From Candidatus Kuenenia stuttgartensis (GTDB lineage Bacteria; Planctomycetota; UBA11346), in contig CAMCMZ010000002.1 in NCBI GenBank assembly GCA_945876185.1, forward strand, positions 24,073 through 88,072: 64,000 nucleotides of DNA. Reading direction: 5' to 3'. Positions 1 through 10,800 of the stretch are shown here, one piece after another. Numbering within the stretch: the stretch's first letter is position 1; each line of letters opens with the position of its first letter. Both the position numbers and the translations under genes were made by a program. The notes beneath the pieces are model-generated. The model had not been told where the DNA came from. It did no database searches and saw nothing but the letters and a program-made list of their open reading frames with translations.

Positions 1-363
1 TCGGCGTCGTTGGTGGTGCCGAGCACGCGCTTGGCGATGACGGTGACGGTATCGACGAATCCCATCGGAAGCCCTTCAGCCGCCCCAGGTTGGAAGCGGG
101 ACGCGGAACGTAGATGCAGGCCGCAACGGCACAACCGGGGGCGGAGACGGGATCGGTGGGGCGTCGCGGTCGCTGGCCCGTCGACGACGTCTGGGCTGGT
201 TGAAACACCCCCGTGCCTGGATTCCGGTGGAAATCTCGCCATGGTCAGGCTTCACCTTTGGCGAATTGACACTCCGCCCGACCGTTTCTAGCCTTCGCCT
301 TCCCTGAAAACCCTGAACCTTTTCCGGCCTTTCGCCGGCCACTTCACCCGGAGCGTTTCCCGC

Positions 364-828
364 ATGGACATCAAGGCCCTCAAAGAAATCACCAAGCTGA
401 TGCGCGACAACGATCTGGTCGAGGTCGAGATCGAATCGAAGGACCTCAAGATCAAGTTGAAGAAGGCGACCGCAGCCGGCGCCACCGTGACCGTGGCGGC
501 GCCCGCCCCGGCAGCGATGGCCCCGGCGCCCGCGCCGGTCGCCGCACCCTCCGCGCCTGCGGCCGTCCCGGTCGATGAAAGCGCTGGCTGGACGAAGGTG
601 ATCTCGCCCATCCCGGGCACGGTGTACCTGAAGCCCAACCCCGATTCGGCGAACTTCGTGTCCGTCGGCAGCACGGTTGAAGAGGGCAAGGTCCTCTGCC
701 TGGTCGAGGCCATGAAGGTCTTCAACGAGATCAAGGCCGATGCCGGCGTCAAAGGCCAGATCAAGCGCATCTGCGTCAGCGAAGGCCAGCCGGTCGAATA
801 CGGCACCGTGCTGTTCCTCGTTGGCTGA
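364..828 (+). CDS. accB: Biotin carboxyl carrier protein of acetyl-CoA carboxylase
   Basis: 154 aa. Ala/Pro-rich linker. C-terminal biotinyl domain with EAMKV motif (EAMKM-type biotin attachment Lys). Directly upstream of biotin carboxylase. Confidence 0.9.
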   Translation: MDIKALKEITKLMRDNDLVEVEIESKDLKIKLKKATAAGATVTVAAPAPAAMAPAPAPVAAPSAPAAVPVDESAGWTKVISPIPGTVYLKPNPDSANFVSVGSTVEEGKVLCLVEAMKVFNEIKADAGVKGQIKRICVSEGQPVEYGTVLFLVG

Positions 829-913
829 GTCCCCGCCGATCCGGCAGCGCCAGGGCGGGTCCTCCGCCCTGACCGCCCGTCGCCCACCGTCTACCCCGAA
901 CTGAACCGACCCG

Positions 914-2263
<1,350 letters not shown>

Positions 2264-2277
2264 CTGGCCGTGGCCCT

Positions 2278-2304
2278 GCGGTGGCGTGGCGGATGCGCCA
2301 CCGC
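2278..2304 (+). other. Stem-loop between accC and rpsP (9-bp stem GCGGTGGCG/CGCCACCGC, 9-nt loop), no U-tract
   Basis: Perfect inverted repeat read directly from the sequence, located 15 nt after the accC stop. Function (attenuator or RNA processing) unknown. Confidence 0.25.
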
Positions 2305-2384
2305 GAACCGGGCGCCGTCCCCCTTGCGTTACGCGAAACGCCCTTAGATTCCGCCCCTCCTACGAACCCAAGGGTCGCTTCCGC

Positions 2385-2846
2385 ATGGCTGTCCGCATCC
2401 GCCTGTCCCGTTATGGCCGTCTCCACCGGCCGTTCTTCCGCATCATCGCCATCGACGGCCGCGCTCCGCGCGAAGGCGAGGCGAACGAGATCCTGGGCAC
2501 CTACGATCCGCTCAAGAAGGACAAGTGCATTGAGGTCGACATTGAGGCCGTCGCGGCCTGGGTCGCCAAGGGTGCTCTGATCAGCCTGCCGCTGGTCCGG
2601 TTGCTCCAGCACCACGGCTACACCGTGCCGGTCACCAGCCACGCGGCGAAGACCAAGCGCGCCGCCAGCAAGGCCCCCGCCAAGAAGGGCACCGTCTGGA
2701 CGAAGCCGACCCGCCGTGCCCGCCTGCGCCACGCCGCCGCCAAGAAGGTCGTGTGGAAGGCCAAGCTCGCCGAAGGCGCCGCCGCCAAGGCTGCGGAAAA
2801 GGCCGCTGCAGCAGCAGCTCCGGCCGCCGAAGCCCCCAAGGCTTGA
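2385..2846 (+). CDS. rpsP: 30S ribosomal protein S16 with Lys/Ala-rich C-terminal extension
   Basis: Internal Met of ORF 2286-2846. MAVRIRLSRYGRLHRPFFRIIAIDGRAPREG matches the S16 N-terminal signature. Followed by a ~70-aa K/A-rich tail (AAKKVVWKAKLAEGAAAKAAEKAAAAAAPAAEAPKA). Confidence 0.85.
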   Translation: MAVRIRLSRYGRLHRPFFRIIAIDGRAPREGEANEILGTYDPLKKDKCIEVDIEAVAAWVAKGALISLPLVRLLQHHGYTVPVTSHAAKTKRAASKAPAKKGTVWTKPTRRARLRHAAAKKVVWKAKLAEGAAAKAAEKAAAAAAPAAEAPKA

Positions 2847-2888
2847 ACCTCCCAACCGCCTGAGCCATCTCTCGATGGCCACCGTTCA

Positions 2889-2926
2889 GGGCGACGACTC
2901 GACGAGTCGCCGCCCTGTTTCGTTTT
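2889..2926 (+). terminator. Rho-independent terminator candidate after rpsP
   Basis: Hairpin GCGACGACTC-GAC-GAGTCGCCGC (one mismatch) followed by CCTGTTTCGTTTTC T-tract. Sits between convergent rpsP and the ada-like gene. Confidence 0.5.
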
Positions 2927-3780
2927 CAGGCGCTTGGTGCAGGCCCGGCCGACCCCGGTTCCTCGGCCGCCAAGAGCCCGAGTTTCAGCGCGCAGCCCCA
3001 GCGATACCCCGACAACGCGCCGTCTTCGCGCAGGACGCGATGGCAGGGAATGAGCACCGCGACCGGATTGGCCGCCAACGCCTGCGCCACCGCGCGCTGG
3101 GCCGAGTCCCTGCCGATCGCGGTCGCGACGCGGCCATAGGTCGTCGTCGCGCCGGCCGGCAGGGCGAGGATCGCCTTCCACACCGCGAGCTGAAACGGCG
3201 TCGCCACGACCTGGAGCGTGAGGTTTTCCACGCCAAGGGCGAAGATCCGGTTGATCGCCACCTGCGCCGCCTGCGGATCCGGGCGGAACGTGGCGCGTGG
3301 GAAGCGCGCCTGCGTGGCAGCGAGCAGTACGTCGCCTTCCGCCGGCGAGGTGACGAACACCAGGCGATGAACGCCGCGCGCGGTCAGCACCACCCACACC
3401 AGACCAAATCGGCTGGTGCCGCAGCCATGGACCAGCACCAGGGCCTGGCCCTGCGATTTCCACTCGCCCGGACTGACCGCCTCAACCCGAATCAGGTGGT
3501 CGTGCAACCGCCCCGGCCCGCTCAGTCCTGCCTCTAGGCTGGCCTCCAACACATCCGCCCCGCGATCCAACAGGCCCACCGCGCGCTGCACCGCGAGATC
3601 CTGCTGGAATCGCTTGGGGCTGATCCCGACCAGCCGACGGAACTCGCGCTGCGCCACCGCCGGGGCCACGCCGAGGTGCGCGGCCAGGTGCGCCAGCGAG
3701 GGCGGATCGGTCGCGTGCGCGCGCAGGAAGCGGATGGCCTCGGCGGTGCGGCGGAAACCAGGAGCAGCGTCGGCGGTCAT
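2926..3780 (-). CDS. AraC-family HTH regulator fused to methylated-DNA-[protein]-cysteine S-methyltransferase (Ada-like, lacking the N-terminal Zn methylphosphotriester domain)
   Basis: 284 aa. N-terminal AraC-type HTH region. C-terminal MGMT domain with active-site PCHRV motif. Confidence 0.75.
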   Translation of the reverse strand: MTADAAPGFRRTAEAIRFLRAHATDPPSLAHLAAHLGVAPAVAQREFRRLVGISPKRFQQDLAVQRAVGLLDRGADVLEASLEAGLSGPGRLHDHLIRVEAVSPGEWKSQGQALVLVHGCGTSRFGLVWVVLTARGVHRLVFVTSPAEGDVLLAATQARFPRATFRPDPQAAQVAINRIFALGVENLTLQVVATPFQLAVWKAILALPAGATTTYGRVATAIGRDSAQRAVAQALAANPVAVLIPCHRVLREDGALSGYRWGCALKLGLLAAEEPGSAGPAPSA

Positions 3781-3900
3781 GCCGGCAGCGTCGCACTCCG
3801 GCGCGGGTCATCCACCCGGATCGTGACCACCATGCATTCCCTCGTCCGTGCGATCCGGTATCCCACACCGCGCCGCACCAACTCAACACCCTGAGAGCCC

Positions 3901-4824
3901 ATGCATCTCTCCCCTTCCGCCAGCGCCAACGCCCGCACCTTCCTGGAACACTCCGCCCGCCCTCTGGAGCGCGCGCTGTTCCACCATCATTTCGACCACG
4001 CCTCGGTCGCGACCGTGCTGGCCGAACTTGCGGCGGTCCGCAATCCCGATGGCGGATTCAGTTTGGAACCGGATGTGCAGAGTCCGGTGAGTTCCGTGCT
4101 CGGAACCACGGTGGCATTCCAGATCCTGGCCCGGCTCGGCGTCGGGGCGGAAGAGCCCCTGGTGCGCGACGGAGTGCGCTTCTTGGAAGCCACCTTCGAC
4201 GCAGCGACCGGCGTCTGGCCCATCGTACCGCCGGCCGTGGTCGCCGCGCCGCACGCCCCGTGGTGGGATGGCGCCGACGATTCGGTCACGTTCGCCCTGC
4301 GGTGGAGCGGTTTCCGTCACAATCCCCGCGCCGAGGTCATTGGCCACCTGCTGCACTGGCGCGCAGCGGTCGCACCGGCGTTCATCGACCGCGTCCTGGC
4401 CGCCTTCGGTTGGCCCGATCCCGTTCCGGGTTCCCAGTTGGAAATGCACGATCTCCTCTGCTGGGTGCGCTTGGCGCAAAGTCCCGGTTTGGATCCGGCA
4501 ACCCGCACGCGCGTGGTGCAGCGCCTGGCTCCGCTCGTCGATACCGGCGTCAGCCGGGACCCCGCTGCCTGGGAAAAATACGGCCTGACGCCGCTGTCCG
4601 TTGTGAAATCCCCGGATTCGCCCCTCGCCACCGTCCTCGGTGAAGCCGCCATCGCGGCCAACCTCGACTGGTTGATCACCCGTCAGGGCGATGACGGTGC
4701 CTGGCGTCCAACCTGGAATTGGGGCGGGCGTTTCCCCGAGGCGTGGCAGCGATCGGAGCGTGTCTGGAGCGGCATGCTGACCCTGGACGCGCTCCTGGTC
4801 CTGCGCGCTTTCGGACGCTGGTGA
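3901..4824 (+). CDS. Prenyltransferase/squalene-oxidase repeat (alpha-alpha toroid) protein, function unknown
   Basis: 307 aa. Repeated QxxDGG(W/F) motifs (RNPDGGFS, RQGDDGAWRP) typical of terpene cyclase/prenyltransferase beta-subunit repeats. No catalytic motif identified. Confidence 0.4.
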   Translation: MHLSPSASANARTFLEHSARPLERALFHHHFDHASVATVLAELAAVRNPDGGFSLEPDVQSPVSSVLGTTVAFQILARLGVGAEEPLVRDGVRFLEATFDAATGVWPIVPPAVVAAPHAPWWDGADDSVTFALRWSGFRHNPRAEVIGHLLHWRAAVAPAFIDRVLAAFGWPDPVPGSQLEMHDLLCWVRLAQSPGLDPATRTRVVQRLAPLVDTGVSRDPAAWEKYGLTPLSVVKSPDSPLATVLGEAAIAANLDWLITRQGDDGAWRPTWNWGGRFPEAWQRSERVWSGMLTLDALLVLRAFGRW

Positions 4825-4922
4825 TCGCGCCGCGCTGCTGATCCCGCTGAGCAGATGAAAGCGCTGCGAGACGCCTTGCCGCTGCGCCGGTCCACCTAGC
4901 CTTGCGCGTCTCGGAGGTTCGC

Positions 4923-6275
4923 ATGCGCGTCGCCATCTTCGGTACCGGTTACGTTGGCCTGGTCACCGGCACCTGTTTCGCCGAGATGGGCAACACCGTC
5001 ACCTGCGTCGATGTCGATGCGGGCAAGGTCGAGCGGCTGAATCGGGGCGAGGTGCCGATCTACGAGGCGGGCCTGACCGAGCTGGTCGAGGACAACCGCC
5101 ACGGTCATCGCCTGGCGTTCACCACCGATGCCGCCAGTGCGCTGGTCGGGGCCGAGGCCGCGTTCATCTGCGTCGGCACGCCGATGTCAGCCTCCGGCGA
5201 GGCCGACCTGCGCTACGTCGAGGCCGCCGCGCGTGACATCGGCCGTCACGCGTCGGATGCGCTGGTGGTGGTCGACAAGAGCACGGTGCCGGTGGGCACC
5301 GCTGACAAGGTCCGTGGCTGGGTGAAGGCCGAACTCGATCGGCGCGGGGCGCAGGTCGTGTTCGATGTCGCCTCGAACCCGGAATTCCTCAAGGAAGGGT
5401 CAGCGGTCGAGGACTTCATGAAGCCCGACCGGGTGGTGGTCGGCGTCGACAGTCCGCGCGCCGAGGCGATCCTGCGCGACCTCTACGCGCCGTTCATCCG
5501 CAACGGCCTGCGTTTCTACACCATGGACATCCGTTCAGCCGAGATGACCAAGTACGCCGCCAACGCGATGCTCGCGACCAAGATCAGCTTCATCAACGAG
5601 ATCGCCAACATCTGCGAACGCCTCGGTGCCGACGTGCGCCAGGTGCGCCTGGGCGTCGGCAGCGACTCGCGCATCGGCCTGCAGTTCCTCCACCCCGGCG
5701 TCGGCTACGGCGGCTCGTGCTTCCCGAAGGACGTGCGCGCCCTGATCCGCACCGCTGAAACCGCAGAGGGCGGCGGCTACCACGCCGAACTGCTCCATGC
5801 CGTCGACGCCATCAACCTGCGCCAGAAGCTGGTCATCCAGGCGAAGCTGCGGGCGTGGTGCGACCTCACCGGCCGGAAGCTGAAGGACCTCACCGTCGCG
5901 GTCTGGGGCCTGAGCTTCAAGCCCAACACCGACGACGTGCGCGAAGCGCCCAGCCTCGACCTGTTGCGCGACCTCAGCGCCGCCGGCGCGCAGGTGCGCG
6001 CGCACGATCCCAAGGCCATCCACGAGACCCAGCGCGCGCTCGGCCCGCTGCCCGGGGTGACCTACGTCGACGAACCGTATGCAGCCACCGAGGGCGCCGA
6101 TCTGCTCTGCCTGATGACCGAATGGCGTCCGTTCCGTCGCCCCGATTTCCGCCGCCTCGCGCAGCAATTACGCGCCAAGACCATCTTCGACGGCCGGAAT
6201 CAGTACGACGACGTGCGCGCGGCCGGCTACGGCTTGACCGTCTACCCGATCGGGGTGCCGACCCGGGCGCGCTGA
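4923..6275 (+). CDS. ugd: UDP-glucose 6-dehydrogenase (nucleotide-sugar dehydrogenase family)
   Basis: N-terminal Rossmann motif MRVAIFGTGYVGLVTG. Catalytic Cys region GGSCFPKD. GGAGG RBS 7 nt upstream of the ATG at 4923. Confidence 0.85.
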   Translation: MRVAIFGTGYVGLVTGTCFAEMGNTVTCVDVDAGKVERLNRGEVPIYEAGLTELVEDNRHGHRLAFTTDAASALVGAEAAFICVGTPMSASGEADLRYVEAAARDIGRHASDALVVVDKSTVPVGTADKVRGWVKAELDRRGAQVVFDVASNPEFLKEGSAVEDFMKPDRVVVGVDSPRAEAILRDLYAPFIRNGLRFYTMDIRSAEMTKYAANAMLATKISFINEIANICERLGADVRQVRLGVGSDSRIGLQFLHPGVGYGGSCFPKDVRALIRTAETAEGGGYHAELLHAVDAINLRQKLVIQAKLRAWCDLTGRKLKDLTVAVWGLSFKPNTDDVREAPSLDLLRDLSAAGAQVRAHDPKAIHETQRALGPLPGVTYVDEPYAATEGADLLCLMTEWRPFRRPDFRRLAQQLRAKTIFDGRNQYDDVRAAGYGLTVYPIGVPTRAR

Positions 6276-6324
6276 GGCAGCCACGATCCGGCTCTGGCCA
6301 TGACCCGTTCACCCTGGCGCAGGG

Positions 6325-6762
6325 TCATTGGGCTGTAATCAACGGATTCCGCGTCTGAACCCAAGGAAAACGGCTGAAATCGCGATCGACTGACCAAAGT
6401 TCAGTAATCCCGTTCGCGCGGCAGAGCAGAGCGATGCGGGCGTCGTGGATCTGGCCATCGCGGATTTCAGCCTGCGCCAGGTCGGGCAGAGCGGCGAGCA
6501 TCTCGGGTTGATCGCCAATCACGTGGCAGACCGGCGACTGGAACCACGCCTCCAATTGCCGTCGGGCCTGGGTCGGGGTCGATGGCGGGTTGTAGATGCG
6601 GGGGTGGGTGACGATGTTCCAGAACTCGAAGACCACCGGCCAGGGGATGGCCCACGGCACGATCCCCTCGGCCAGCGAGCGCACCGCCTCGGCCGCCGCC
6701 GCATGGAAGACCGAATCGCGGCGGTGGGCGTAGACCAGGATGTTGGTGTCGAGCGCGATCAC
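6325..6762 (-). CDS. vapC: Type II toxin VapC (PIN-domain ribonuclease)
   Basis: 145 aa. MIALDTNILVYA N-terminus with the PIN acidic residue. C-terminal DRDF motif. 4-bp overlap with the upstream antitoxin gene. Confidence 0.8.
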   Translation of the reverse strand: MIALDTNILVYAHRRDSVFHAAAAEAVRSLAEGIVPWAIPWPVVFEFWNIVTHPRIYNPPSTPTQARRQLEAWFQSPVCHVIGDQPEMLAALPDLAQAEIRDGQIHDARIALLCRANGITELWSVDRDFSRFPWVQTRNPLITAQ

Positions 6763-7019
6763 GGGCGGAAACGCGCGGCTTCGTCATGGATCAGATCCCG
6801 GATGCCTTCTGCGCGCAGATCAGTCACACCAGGTTGCAGACCCTCGCCCTGCACCGCGCAGTCCTGCAATCGGTAGGGCTGGTCCTTCAAGCGTGAGCGC
6901 CGGGCGATGACCTCGGTCAGTCCTTCGATGACCAGGTCGCGCATCGACGAACCGGCTTCCTGGGCTACTCGACGGGCGCGGTCGAGGAGCTGATCGGGGA
7001 GATCGAAAGTGGTGCGCAT
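6759..7019 (-). CDS. vapB: Type II antitoxin VapB (RHH/Phd-like)
   Basis: MRTTFDLPDQLLDRARRVAQEAG is a typical antitoxin N-terminus. Overlaps the vapC start. Start chosen at an internal Met of ORF 6759-7082. Confidence 0.6.
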   Translation of the reverse strand: MRTTFDLPDQLLDRARRVAQEAGSSMRDLVIEGLTEVIARRSRLKDQPYRLQDCAVQGEGLQPGVTDLRAEGIRDLIHDEAARFRP

Positions 7020-7192
7020 GCATACATGCATATCACTGGTATGCTTAGCCGCAATCTCCTGAAACGCCAACGGGACCAGCATCCAATTCTCAGCACCATC
7101 CCAACGGCATCAGAATTATCAGGAAACGTTTCCGTGCATCAGCCGTATACGACCCGAGACACGCTCGCAGCACCTACCAACCCAGGGATCAC

Positions 7193-7780
7193 ATGACCCG
7201 CACCTACGCCACTCCAGTTTTCCTGCTCCTTGCTTTTCTCATCCATGCCGAAGGGCTGCATCTTGAAGCGGGCGAGGCCAAGGGGGGTGAGCCCAATCGA
7301 AGCTTCCAGATTGAACTCGAAGACTTCACTCTCACTGATTGTGAGGTGGTAACGACCACTCTCGCCTGTGGTGGAAAAGCCGTGTTGATCGCGAAGGAAT
7401 CAAGTAAAGCGGTGTCGTCCATCAAGCTGCCTGCGGGAAATTACAGTGTGGTTATCTGGACTTTGGCCCCAAGTCTGAAGCAGGATGCGGTATGGGTGGT
7501 GATCGGAGATGCCGGCAAGGACAGTCAGTGGGAAGGAAAACTCAAATCCTTTCCCGATCACAAGCGGATGCCGATGAAGGAATTCATGAGTGCAGGGGTT
7601 TATGTCAGCGATCGCGAAAGAGTGGTGGTGCGGGTGACGGAAGACAAAGACATGAAAGAGCTGCCTATCGTCATAACGCCCAAGAAAACTGGAATGCAGC
7701 TCGATAGAATCGTGTTTCGTCGCCTGGATGACGCGGTGAAAAAACCGAGTCCCGTTGCTGGCCCGCCCAAGTCGCCCTGA
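7193..7780 (+). CDS. Secreted hypothetical protein encoded in a low-GC islet
   Basis: 195 aa. N-terminal signal peptide MTRTYATPVFLLLAFLIHA. Visibly AT-richer codon usage than its neighbours. No recognisable domain. Confidence 0.5.
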   Translation: MTRTYATPVFLLLAFLIHAEGLHLEAGEAKGGEPNRSFQIELEDFTLTDCEVVTTTLACGGKAVLIAKESSKAVSSIKLPAGNYSVVIWTLAPSLKQDAVWVVIGDAGKDSQWEGKLKSFPDHKRMPMKEFMSAGVYVSDRERVVVRVTEDKDMKELPIVITPKKTGMQLDRIVFRRLDDAVKKPSPVAGPPKSP

Positions 7781-7838
7781 CGGAACGACGATCTGTCATC
7801 CGCCGGTCCCGCGACGCGACCGGCGACCGGCGGCAGGG

Positions 7839-10800
7839 TCAGGTTTTGGCAACGGTGAAACTGACCGCGTGGCCGTTGAGGTGTTCCGTCTGCGCCTGCG
7901 GTTCAGCACTGGCGTCGAAAGTGACGGCCAGCACCTCGTCGGCGATCCAGGTGCGATGCGCGGCGATGGCGGCGACCAGCACGGGATCTGCGCTGTGCCA
8001 GGTCAGGCGAATGCGATCGCTGACTTCCAGGCCGGCTTGCTTGCGTGCGTCCTGGATGGCGCTGACGAATTCGCGCGCCAGGCCCTCGGCCACCAGTTCC
8101 GGGGTGAGCGCAGTGTCGAGCACCGCCGTCAGCACGCCGTCGGTGGCGACCGCCGCGCCCGGCTTGGCGGTGCGTTGCAGCAGCACGTCGTCCTTGGTCA
8201 GGGTCTCGCCGCAGCAGGCGACGGCCTCGCCCGATTCGAGCCGGGTGACTTCAGTGTGGCTCCAGGCGGCGAGCGCGGCACCGATCTCTTTCAGCTTCGG
8301 GCCGCAGCGCTTGCGCAGCGTGGCGAAGTTCGGCTTCACCGTGACTTGGGCGAAGGCGGCTTCGTCAGCCTGGGTCAGCACGGATTTGACGTTCAATTCC
8401 TCGCTGATCAGCGCCGACAACCTGGTCAGCGCAGCACGCACCTCGGCGTCACGGTGGACGAAGGTGATCGCCGCGAGCGGCTGCCGGGTCTTGAGCTTCT
8501 GCTCTTCGCGCAGTTTGCGGCCGAGCGCGACGGCGCGTTGGGCCCAGGACATGTTAACTGTTAATGTCGGAGAAAAAGCCACTGCTGTTCGTGCCGCAAA
8601 TCCTGGTCGTAAGATCTGGGTAGGAGGTTTTGCAATTGGGAAGTCGCTCCAATGGATGCTCTGCGCCGCTTGCGGATCGACCGGCACCACCAACCGCTGC
8701 CAGACCTCTTCGGTGAGGAACGGCATGAACGGCGCCAGCACCTGGGCGAACTCGACCAGCACGCCGTACAGGGTGTGGTAGGCGTCGGCCTGGGCGGCGC
8801 GATCGACGGATTTCCAGAAGCGCCGGCGCGACAGGCGCAGGTACCAGTTGGTCAGGTCGTCGATGAACTGGACCAGGCGCGGCACCACGGCGTAGAGGCG
8901 GTAGCTCTCCATTTCCGTGTTCACGTCGCTGACCAACGCGTCGAGCGACTGGCGCAGCCAGCGGTCGAGCACGTGGCGCTGGTCGAGCGGCCGCGCCGGC
9001 CATTCCGCCGCGCGCGGATCGAAGCCGTCGACGCTGGCGTAGGTGGTGAAGAACGAAAGTGCGTTCCAATACGGCAGCACCACCGTGCGCACGATCTCTT
9101 TCAGCCCGGCCTCGCTGAAGCGCATCGGTTCGCCTCGCACCAGCGGCGAGTTGATCAGGTAGGCGCGGATCGAATCCGCACCGATCTGTTCCATGATCAG
9201 ATTGGGATCGGGAAAGTTGTTCTTGGATTTCGACATCTTCTGGCCGTCCTCGGCCAGGACGAGGCCAGTCACCACCACGTTCTTGAACGCGGGCCGGTCG
9301 AAGAGCGCGGTCGATTCCACCAGCAGGGTGTAGAACCAGCCACGCGTCTGGTCGAGGCCTTCGGCGATGAATTCTGCCGGATAGACCGGCGGCGCCTGCC
9401 TGCCATCAGCCCCGCCCATCCAATGCACGCTGGCGTAGGGCATCGCCCCGGATTCGAACCAGCAGTCGAGCACCTCCGGCGTGCGACGGTAGACCGTGCC
9501 GTCGCGGCGGATCTCCAGGCGGTCGAGGCAGTGCTTGTGCAGGTCGGGGATGTCGGTGACGGGTGCGCCCGTCGCGGCATCGACCGGCCCGAGCGCCAGC
9601 AGGTCCGCCACCGAGCCGACGCAGATCGTGTCGCTGGCATCGGCCACGTTGACCCACACCGGCAGGCACGACCCCCAGAAGCGGTTGCGTGAGATGTTCC
9701 AGTCATTGGCGTTCTTCACCCAATTGCCGAAGCGATTCGTGCCGATCGCTTCCGGCACCCAACGGATCTGGTCGTTGTTGGCGCCAAGCCGCCCGCGCAG
9801 GTCCTCGACCTTCACGTACCAGGCGTCGATGGCGCGGTAGATGAGCGGTGCGTCGGTACGGTCGCAGAACGGGTACGGGTGGTCGATGGTGGCCTGGTGG
9901 AACAGTTTCCCCTCTGCCTTCAGGCGGGCGATGATCGCCTTGTCGGCGTCTTTGCAGAACTTGTTAAGACATTCTGTGCGATACCAGTCATCTGCTGTAA
10001 CAATCTCTGAAAATCGACATTCTTCATCGAGGGGATCCGGTAAGTTGTTAGGCCATTCATTGCCTCTCCACACATCGCTCTCATCACGAGTCCATTGTCC
10101 AGAATGCAAGATGATCCTGTTTGCCCTGCAAACCCGAAGGTCATCTTCTCCATACGCCGGGGCCATGTGGACGATGCCGGTGCCGTCGCCGGTGGTGACA
10201 AAGTCGTCGGCGACGACGCGGAAGGCGTTGGGCGTTGCTGAGAAATAGGGGAAGAGCGGTTCGTAGGAGAACCCGATCAGGTTCGTCCCAGGGACTTCCC
10301 CCAACACCGTGTAGTTCTCAGGTTTTCCGAAAACCGCCGCGAGGCGCTGGGTGGCAACCACGAACACGGCGTGGGACTTCAGTTCGCGCACGATGCTGTA
10401 GGCAATGTCTGGACCAACGCAGAGCGCAAGGTTCTCCGGCAAGGTCCAGGGCGTGGTGGTCCAGGCCAAAACAGAGACGGTTTGGTTATGCAAAATAGGG
10501 TGCAACTTGCTAACATCAGCCAACGCGCTTGCACACAAAGAGGCAAGATTCCCGTCACCACTTGCCAAACCACGGATCAAATATCCCTGCCGATCTTCAA
10601 GAGAACTCCCGTCAGTACGCATGGTGAACTTCACCGTCACCGCCGGATCCTGAACCACCTTGTAGTTGTCGTCCTTGACCTCGAACTTCGACAGCGGCGT
10701 CGCCAGTTTCGGCGAGTACGGCATGATGCGGTGCGACTTGTAGATACGCCCGGTATCCCACAGGCGCTTGAACACCCACCACACCGACTCCATGAAGTCG

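Noticed and set aside
1-363. Possible gene at the window start (ORF 10-291 +, ORF 76-1083 -)
   Set aside because: Translations are Arg/Pro-rich low complexity with no domain. More likely the 5' UTR/promoter region of accB. The window edge prevents assessment.
9437-9448. tRNA T-arm-like GGATTCGAACC motif
   Set aside because: It lies in-frame inside ileS (encodes WFESG) with no surrounding cloverleaf. No tRNA genes could be supported anywhere in the window.
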